From NCBI GenBank assembly GCA_045863335.1, contig BTVY01000011.1:32001-96000 (forward strand): a stretch of DNA of 64,000 nt. Direction: 5' to 3'. Positions 57,259 to 64,000 of this stretch are shown in pieces. The translations under genes and the position numbers were made by a program. The stretch is from Candidatus Hydrogenedentota bacterium. Lineage in GTDB: Bacteria; Hydrogenedentota; Hydrogenedentia; Hydrogenedentales; SLHB01. Below the pieces are notes generated by a model. The model ran no database searches. It had not been told where the DNA came from and was given only the letters and a program-made list of their open reading frames with translations. How positions within the stretch are numbered: the stretch's first letter is position 1; each line of letters starts with the position of its first letter.

Positions 57259-59007
57259 ATGGCGGTAATACAAGACCGGCAACTTGGCGATATCCTGGTC
57301 GAGCAGGGCGTGATCAGCCCGCTCGAACTGGACGAAGCGCTTCAGCGGCAACGGCTCACCGGCGAAATGCTTGGCCGCGTGCTGTTCAAGATGAACCTGT
57401 GCGACGAGCAGGACATCATCGACGCGCTCGGCGTCCAGGCTGGGATGGAACGCGTCGACATCACCAAATTGAAGGTACCCGACGAGGTCCTCCGGAAGGT
57501 GCCGGCCGACGTCGCCAAGTTCTACAACGTCGTACCGATTCGCGAAACGGACGGCAAACTGGTCGTCGCCATGGCCGACCCGCTCAACCTGGGTATCCGG
57601 GATACGATTCAGCAAATCGTGGGAATGGAAGTGAAGGGCGCCATCAGCAATCCGCAGGACGTGGCCACCTTCATCAAGAATAATTACACGTTCGAATCCG
57701 ACAACATCCATGAGACCTTGAACGAACTCATCGAACGCGTGGGTGATGCCGAACTGACGATGGAAGAGCTGGGGCAGCAGGAAATCGTCGGCGACGTGGA
57801 CAACCTCGTGCAGTTGGCGCAAGAGCCGGAAGTCATCAAGATCGTGAACCTCGTGCTTCTCGACGCCGTCACCAAACGCGCGTCGGATATTCACTTCGAA
57901 GTTTACGAAGAGGATTTCCGAATTCGAATCCGCATTGACGGCGTGTTGCACGAGATCTCCAGCCCGCCGAAGGCCTTGTCCCTCGCGTTGATTTCGCGCG
58001 TCAAGGTCATGTGCAACATGGACATCGGCGAGCGCCGCCTGCCGCAGGACGCGCGTATCGAACTCAAGATCGGCGATTCCGAGGTCGATATCCGCGTTGC
58101 CACGCTTCCCACCTTGTACGGCGAGAACGTGGTGATGCGTATCCTCGATCGAACGGCGGTGAAAGTGGAACTCGACAAGCTCGGTTTCACGCCCCAGGCG
58201 CTGAAGTCTATCAGCAACGTGATTAGCAAGCCCAATGGCATTTTCCTCGTAACCGGCCCGACCGGTTCCGGAAAGACGACCACCCTCTACGCGTGCCTGA
58301 ACGATCTCAACCAAGTCGGCGTAAAGATTATCACCACCGAGGACCCGGTCGAATTGCAGATCGACCGGATTATCCAGGTCCAGGTGCGCGAAGAAGTGGG
58401 GCTGACCTTTGCCGCGTCGCTTCGATCGATCCTTCGTCAGGACCCGGACATCGTAATGGTCGGTGAAATTCGCGACCTGGAAACCGCCCAGATCGCCGTA
58501 GAGGCGTCGCTGACCGGTCACCTGGTGCTGAGCACGATCCACACGAACAGCGCGCCTGAAACCATCACGCGTCTGCTTGACATGGACCTGGAACCATTCC
58601 TGATCACCTCGTCGTTGGAGGCCGTCCTGGCGCAGCGCCTGGTGCGCACCGTGTGCCGCCACTGCCGCAAGCCCTACCGGCCCGACGAGAAGGAAATGGA
58701 TCTCCTCGGGCTGCCTGCGGCGTGGCGGAAAGACCCGAATCTGAAGTTCTTCCGGCCGGAGGGCTGCCCCGCCTGCGACTACATCGGCTACATGGGCCGC
58801 GTTGGGCTGTTTGAACTGCTCGTGGTCGACGATCACATCTGCGAGCTGATTCAGGAACGGGCAATGGCGTATGAAATTCGCAAGTACGCGCGCAAGAAAC
58901 TCGGCATGAAGACCCTCCGGGAAGAGGGCATCATCAAGTGCGCCCAAGGCATTACCACCGCCGACGAGGTGCTCGCGCACACGGATAAGTTCGAAGACGA
59001 CGATTGA
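57259..59007 (+). CDS. pilB: PilB/GspE-family assembly ATPase, copy 2 (MshEN-like)
   Basis: RQLGDILVEQGVI, RASDIHFE, GPTGSGKTTTLY, RQDPD, CRHC...CPAC. Confidence 0.88.
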   Translation: MAVIQDRQLGDILVEQGVISPLELDEALQRQRLTGEMLGRVLFKMNLCDEQDIIDALGVQAGMERVDITKLKVPDEVLRKVPADVAKFYNVVPIRETDGKLVVAMADPLNLGIRDTIQQIVGMEVKGAISNPQDVATFIKNNYTFESDNIHETLNELIERVGDAELTMEELGQQEIVGDVDNLVQLAQEPEVIKIVNLVLLDAVTKRASDIHFEVYEEDFRIRIRIDGVLHEISSPPKALSLALISRVKVMCNMDIGERRLPQDARIELKIGDSEVDIRVATLPTLYGENVVMRILDRTAVKVELDKLGFTPQALKSISNVISKPNGIFLVTGPTGSGKTTTLYACLNDLNQVGVKIITTEDPVELQIDRIIQVQVREEVGLTFAASLRSILRQDPDIVMVGEIRDLETAQIAVEASLTGHLVLSTIHTNSAPETITRLLDMDLEPFLITSSLEAVLAQRLVRTVCRHCRKPYRPDEKEMDLLGLPAAWRKDPNLKFFRPEGCPACDYIGYMGRVGLFELLVVDDHICELIQERAMAYEIRKYARKKLGMKTLREEGIIKCAQGITTADEVLAHTDKFEDDD

Positions 59008-59097
59008 TAGTGAGTCGGTCCGGCATGAGCCGGTTTCCGGGAGGTTTCGTTGAAGATCAGGTATACGTGCCGCGGCACGGACGCAGGAGAATGAACG

Positions 59098-60336
59098 GTG
59101 GCCAAGTTTGCGTATAAGGCAATGAACCGCGATGGCAAGGAAGTGTTTGGCGTCATCGATTCTGAAAGCCAGGCCCTCGCCATCAACGACATTCGCGGAT
59201 TGGGACTGTACCCCACGACCGTTCGCGAAGCCCGCAAGAGTGACGAGCGCCGCGCGCGCCGGCAGAAAAAAGGCATCGGCGACCTATACTTCGGCGGCAT
59301 CAAGACCAAGCAGTTGGTCATCATGACCCGCCAGTTGTCGACCCTCATCGACGCCGGGCTGCCGCTCCTGCGCAGCATCAATGTGCTGATCGCGCAGCAG
59401 AAGCCTTCCAAACTCAAAGACGTACTCACCGAGATGTCGGGAGATATTCAAGGCGGCTCGACGTTCTCCGAGGCCCTCGCGAAGCACCCCAAGTATTTTG
59501 ACCGGCTTTTCGTCAACATGGTGCGCGCGGGCGAGGTCGGCGGTATGCTCGAGGTCGTATTGAACCGGCTCGCCATCTTCATGGAGCGCCGGCAGGCCCT
59601 GAAGCGCCGCGTCAAAGGCGCCATGATTTATCCGATCGCCGTGTTGCTCATCGCGACCATCATCGTCTTGTTCCTGCTGTCGTACGTGGTGCCCGAGTTT
59701 GCGGAGGTCTTCAAGGATTTCGACGCCCAGTTGCCCTGGATGACACGCTTCCTCATCGATGTGGGGGATTTCCTCAAGTTTCAGTATTGGAAACTCCTGC
59801 TGTACTTCAACGGGACCATCATCTTTTTCAAAATCCTGTTCAAGTTCAAGTTGACCAAGCGCATCTGCGACCGCGTGTTTCTCAAGCTGCCGCTCATCGG
59901 CGATCTCATTACGAAGGTGGCCGTTGCCCGTTTCTCGCGCACCCTGGGCACGCTGATCACTTCGGGCGTACCGATCCTGCAGTCCTTGCGCATCACCAAG
60001 GAAACCATCGGCAACGAGGTGATCGAAAACGCGGTGCAGAAGGTGCACGACAGCATCAAGGAAGGCGACACCATCGCCGCGCCGCTGGACGAATCCAAAG
60101 TGTTCCCGCCCATGGTCGTGAACATGATCGACGTAGGCGAGGAAACCGGCAGCCTGGATTCCATGCTCATGAAGGTGGCCGACATTTACGACGCCGAAGT
60201 GGAGATCGCCGTGGAGACGATGCTGCGGCTCATGGAACCGGCGATCATTATCGTGCTCGGGTTCATCATCGGCTTCATCGTGATCGCGCTCTACTTGCCC
60301 ATCTTCTCGCTGGCCGACGTGATTAGTGGACAATAA
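59098..60336 (+). CDS. pilC: Type IV pilus platform protein
   Basis: TRQLSTLIDAGLPL, MVRAGEVGG, AMIYP, RTLGTLITSGVPIL, VGEETGSLD, LYLPIF. Confidence 0.93.
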   Translation: MAKFAYKAMNRDGKEVFGVIDSESQALAINDIRGLGLYPTTVREARKSDERRARRQKKGIGDLYFGGIKTKQLVIMTRQLSTLIDAGLPLLRSINVLIAQQKPSKLKDVLTEMSGDIQGGSTFSEALAKHPKYFDRLFVNMVRAGEVGGMLEVVLNRLAIFMERRQALKRRVKGAMIYPIAVLLIATIIVLFLLSYVVPEFAEVFKDFDAQLPWMTRFLIDVGDFLKFQYWKLLLYFNGTIIFFKILFKFKLTKRICDRVFLKLPLIGDLITKVAVARFSRTLGTLITSGVPILQSLRITKETIGNEVIENAVQKVHDSIKEGDTIAAPLDESKVFPPMVVNMIDVGEETGSLDSMLMKVADIYDAEVEIAVETMLRLMEPAIIIVLGFIIGFIVIALYLPIFSLADVISGQ

Positions 60337-60385
60337 GGTATCGACGGCGCGGCTGCGGGAGCCGCTGGATAGGAGACAGACAGCA

Positions 60386-61162
60386 ATGAAACGCAATGAA
60401 GCCTTCACCCTGGTGGAGTTGCTCGTGGTGATCGCCATCATCGCCATCCTGGCGGGCATCATCATTCCCAACGTCCCCGGATTCATCGCCAAGGCGCGCA
60501 TGACCCGCGCCTACGGAGAGATCAAAGGCATCGATCTCGCCCTCACGAAGATGCTGACCGACGCCAACCGGCAGGACTTCCGGAGCGGGTTCTTTGATGC
60601 GTTTCCAAATGAGTCTTTCGATGTGTCGGTAGGCATTTACCAGGAAGTCTTCTACAACCTGTTGCGAAACGGTAAGAACGCTGAAAGCAGCCTGGACTGG
60701 CCCGCCGGCGTCATCATCAATCCCGACGTCAAACGGAAACTTGGATCTTCTTACATGGAACTCGCGGCAGATCCGTGGGGCCAATTGTACTACTTCTATC
60801 CAGGTCCTTTCCGCGCGCGCGATCTCGGTTCGACGGTCCCCATCGATCTCGGGGTGGTCCCGTTCCGCATCTACTATCCCGACTTGAGCGTACCGGGCGG
60901 ACCCAGGCCGGATCCGCCGCACACGATCGAGAATGTCGAAGATCCGGACGATCCCGCTGCGGAGCCATTTACCGTCGGCTACGCGGCGCCGCGGGATCTT
61001 ACCATGTACATCTGGTCCTCCGGTGGCAACTTGGTTCCCAATCAGTTGGGATATCCCGGGTATGGCGGTCCGGCGGTGGAATACGGTCTGGATTTCATGG
61101 GCGGTGGAGACGACATCAACAACTGGGACAACGACCAGAGTTGGGCCGGGTTCTATAACTAA
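60386..61162 (+). CDS. Large prepilin with GspG-like motifs (candidate major pilin)
   Basis: AGGAG + ATG 60386; A|FTLVELLVVIAIIAILAGIIIP; DPWGQLY; WSSGGN; GGGDDINNW. Confidence 0.8.
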   Translation: MKRNEAFTLVELLVVIAIIAILAGIIIPNVPGFIAKARMTRAYGEIKGIDLALTKMLTDANRQDFRSGFFDAFPNESFDVSVGIYQEVFYNLLRNGKNAESSLDWPAGVIINPDVKRKLGSSYMELAADPWGQLYYFYPGPFRARDLGSTVPIDLGVVPFRIYYPDLSVPGGPRPDPPHTIENVEDPDDPAAEPFTVGYAAPRDLTMYIWSSGGNLVPNQLGYPGYGGPAVEYGLDFMGGGDDINNWDNDQSWAGFYN

Positions 61163-61251
61163 GCTCGGGGAAGGAGACCGCGCCGCCAACGGGTAGCGGC
61201 GCGGCGCCAGCAGGCAGCAACGATGGACCTGCGGGTCCCGGAGTTGGTTAC

Positions 61252-62064
61252 GTGCAACGGATAGTACATAGGAATCACGGCTTCTCGCTGGTCGAGATGC
61301 TCATCGTCATCGCGCTCATCGCCGCGCTGGCGGGGCTCGCGATTCCCGCGATATCCCGGGCCGGCGGGTTCATGAGCGACGATCCCGATATCGCCGCCCG
61401 CGAACTGTACGCCTCCATGCGCGCCGCCCGCATCTACGCCACCACCTACCGGGTGAACACCGCGGTTGTTTACGGGGTGACAGATCCGGCACAGACTGTC
61501 GATAGCGTGACGAACGAGAATGTGCGCGTGATCGATAGCTACGGTCTGGCCCGGCAACTAACGAGTGACGAGCGAAGATCACTTGGAATTTCCGCGACGA
61601 ACGTCTACGCGCTCATCGAGGATCGGGAGGCCTACTTCCGACGGCTTCCCGCGAACTCGTGCATCGCGTCGATTAACAACGATTACGAACTGGAAATCGG
61701 CATCAATGCGGACGGTACCGTCCGCGAAGGCCTGGTGCCGGTTTTACTTGTCGATCTGGATACCACGGAAATTCCGGCAACGGCTACCGTGGTCGCGCCA
61801 ATCTACACGACGGATTTCGGTGTGGATGCGTTTCCCGCACACGTTTTTACCCCTTCGGGGTTCATGGAGCCAGAATCTTCACCCGTGGCGCGTTTCACGG
61901 TCAACGTGGCACTCATGCCGGACGCTTCCCTCGAGGAGCGATACACCATCGCCCCCGGCGACGAAGATCCCCAGACCGGCAACGTGCTCGACGAAGGCCA
62001 GTTGAAAGTGCCGGTCCGGATCGAACTGTTCCGGACGACGGGGCGGGTGAAGATGACCTCATAA
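61252..62064 (+). CDS. FimT/GspH-like minor pilin
   Basis: G|FSLVEMLIVIALIAALAGLAIP; AARELYASMRAARIYA; C-terminal TTGRVK. Confidence 0.78.
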   Translation: MQRIVHRNHGFSLVEMLIVIALIAALAGLAIPAISRAGGFMSDDPDIAARELYASMRAARIYATTYRVNTAVVYGVTDPAQTVDSVTNENVRVIDSYGLARQLTSDERRSLGISATNVYALIEDREAYFRRLPANSCIASINNDYELEIGINADGTVREGLVPVLLVDLDTTEIPATATVVAPIYTTDFGVDAFPAHVFTPSGFMEPESSPVARFTVNVALMPDASLEERYTIAPGDEDPQTGNVLDEGQLKVPVRIELFRTTGRVKMTS

Positions 62065-62074
62065 GGAAGTGGAC

Positions 62075-62500
62075 ATGTTTCGACTGTATAAAGAAGAACG
62101 GGGCTTTTCCCCGGTTGAAGTACTGGTCGCGATGGCGATTCTCGCCATCGGCATTATGGCCATCATGCGGTTGTTCCCCTCCGGGTTGCGGGCCTCCCGC
62201 GTCGCCCAGGAGCGCACCATCGCCGCCGAACTCGCGGACGCCAACATGGGCCGTCTGCGCATGACCGGCGCGAGCAACATCCTCGGCATGGCCAAGGCGT
62301 CCGCCCTCTATGGCCAGAGCACGGCCTCCGGTATCTATCTCGACGGCCGCGTCGACACGACCGGCGCCGTGGACGGCCATTCCACCGTGATCACGCGCGT
62401 GGCCGGACCCCTGGAAGAGACCCGCGTGCGCGTGGTGTTCTCCGTCGACTTCCCGGACGGACGCCGCGAGAACTTTGTAACGTACGTGACGGACTATTGA
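62075..62500 (+). CDS. PilV/GspI-like minor pilin
   Basis: G|FSPVEVLVAMAILAIGIMAIMRLFPSGL. Start at 62069 GTG or 62075 ATG. Confidence 0.78.
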   Translation: MFRLYKEERGFSPVEVLVAMAILAIGIMAIMRLFPSGLRASRVAQERTIAAELADANMGRLRMTGASNILGMAKASALYGQSTASGIYLDGRVDTTGAVDGHSTVITRVAGPLEETRVRVVFSVDFPDGRRENFVTYVTDY

Positions 62501-64000
62501 TGTACACAACCACCGGGACGCAGGCCATGAGTCGAACGCATCGTGTCCGAGGGTTCACCCTCGTCGAACTGCTGATCGCGACCGCATTGTTCTCGATCAT
62601 TATGGCGGCCATCGTGACGCTGTTTGTGGCGAGCCTGCACGCCGTCAAGTCGGCCTACCTCGCCAGCGACGCGTACGAAACCTCCCGCGGCGCCTTCGCC
62701 GTCGTGGAACGCGATCTCACAACCGTCTTCACCATGCGCGACTACGGCGACTACTACCAGTTCTACGGCACACCCCAGGGCATGAGCATGATCGGCCTCG
62801 TCCGCGATCCCGACGGCGGCAGCACGACCCTTGGCCGCATTACCTACGTCATGCTACCTGTGGTTATCAAGAACTCGGCAGACACGTTTGCAGTGACAGA
62901 TCCTTTCAACCTGCCCCAACTCAATACAAGACCTGTACCTATTCAAATGACGAATGACGGGGGGACCCCGGCGGATCCTCTTGACGATACTGTCGATGAC
63001 TTCTTTGTCGGCACCGCTGCGCTTGTGCGATTTGTCGAGCCAGGCGTGGAAGATCTGGACACCTACCCGTTTGACTGGGATGAGCTTAATGCCGCGTTTC
63101 CGACCAACCCTGAGCTTCCTGTCCCTACAATTGCGGAGCAACTAGATGCCGCAACTGGCGTGACGAATGGATGGAGCGATGTAAACCGACGTATTCGACT
63201 AACCCCTGCTGAGCAAGAATTACTTGCTGCAAAAAAACGCGAACTATGGATCAGCATGCTTTCCGCGCAGGATTTTTGGACTACCTACCTGACTTTTGGG
63301 CAAGAAGTTTATCCCAACGCGTGGGGGTACTTTGATCGGAACGGGGATCCTGTACGTGGTTGGTTGGTCCCCCGAGATAATTTCGACAACGATGGCGACG
63401 GTTTTGTGGATGAAGACGACGAGCTAATCCTGGATCCAAGAGACTACGTAGTTGCTGAGAACATCGGACTTGTTACTCCAATTAATGCAGCGCATTTTGT
63501 GCCGTTGTATCCCATGCAGAGTTTTCATCCCTTATCCGATCCCGTGCGAAGCCTATATCCGATTAACGTGCAGGCAACGCTCAGTACGCAGGTATCGTCT
63601 CCTATCAGTTTTGGCAATCTGACGGTGAAAACATACGTGAATGGCGTCTTTGATACGACGACCGACATACCCATTTCACCTACGATGTCTCTCGAAGATC
63701 TGCTAGACCGATTCAACTACGATTTTCCCGGAGACCCCGACGACGTGCCCGGTGTGTACGCCGTCGTCAACGGTGGAACCATTGAGATCGGCCCAGAGCA
63801 GTATTATAACCCTGTGACAGGTGATCCAGATCCAAGCGTTCAGTTCAGCTTTACGTTCGGCAACGATACCAGCGGCGTGCTGCGCGCGCTCGGGCTGTAC
63901 GGTCAGTTCTTCCGGTACGGGCGGGTGCTGGCCACTTCCGAGTTGGACGTGCGATCTTCCTGGAACTCCGCGCTCAATGTGGGTACCACGGCCAACGTGG
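62500..64000 (+). CDS. PilW/GspJ-like large minor pilin, truncated by the window end (absent from the ORF track)
   Basis: ATG 62500 overlaps the upstream TGA (alternative ATG 62527); G|FTLVELLIATALFSII...AFAVVERDL; hand translation shows no stop through 64000. Confidence 0.8.
   Translation, partial: MYTTTGTQAMSRTHRVRGFTLVELLIATALFSIIMAAIVTLFVASLHAVKSAYLASDAYETSRGAFAVVERDLTTVFTMRDYGDYYQFYGTPQGMSMIGLVRDPDGGSTTLGRITYVMLPVVIKNSADTFAVTDPFNLPQLNTRPVPIQMTNDGGTPADPLDDTVDDFFVGTAALVRFVEPGVEDLDTYPFDWDELNAAFPTNPELPVPTIAEQLDAATGVTNGWSDVNRRIRLTPAEQELLAAKKRELWISMLSAQDFWTTYLTFGQEVYPNAWGYFDRNGDPVRGWLVPRDNFDNDGDGFVDEDDELILDPRDYVVAENIGLVTPINAAHFVPLYPMQSFHPLSDPVRSLYPINVQATLSTQVSSPISFGNLTVKTYVNGVFDTTTDIPISPTMSLEDLLDRFNYDFPGDPDDVPGVYAVVNGGTIEIGPEQYYNPVTGDPDPSVQFSFTFGNDTSGVLRALGLYGQFFRYGRVLATSELDVRSSWNSALNVGTTANV

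Noticed and set aside
62850-63840. Diversity-generating retroelement target
   Set aside because: No reverse transcriptase or template repeat in the window; the compositional shift spans about 1 kb rather than a short variable repeat.

Overview
GC-rich bacterial chromosome segment. The gene repertoire is reminiscent of Candidatus Hydrogenedentota or PVC-like bacteria, but that is inference only. No rRNA, tRNA, CRISPR array or transposase was seen. The left half (1-32.2 kb) is mixed housekeeping and signalling: a CobB sirtuin, two PAS hybrid histidine kinases, the carboxy(nor)spermidine pathway (dehydrogenase plus NspC), ComEA, a NUDIX hydrolase, a sigma54-driven 50-aa small ORF missed by the ORF track, an ECF sigma/VWA pair split by a REP-like inverted repeat, a PHP-type metallohydrolase, YhaN/YhaO-like (Rad50/Mre11-like) genes, a GT2, a Calx-beta metalloprotease, a YfhO-like protein, a Gfo/Idh/MocA oxidoreductase and a TPR lytic transglycosylase. 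The right half (32.6-64 kb) is a co-oriented secretion/filament supercluster. It opens with two large exported proteins carrying CFI-box-type modules; the second is an apparently dead metzincin with an internal second signal peptide. These are followed directly by a gspC-M type II secretion operon. A second type IV filament cluster follows, with two PilB-type ATPases flanking PilT, then PilC, a large GspG-like pilin and H/I/J-type minor pilins; the last pilin gene runs off the window and has an atypical-codon interior. The best candidate for a new system is the CFI-box cargo plus T2SS plus hybrid retractile filament locus.
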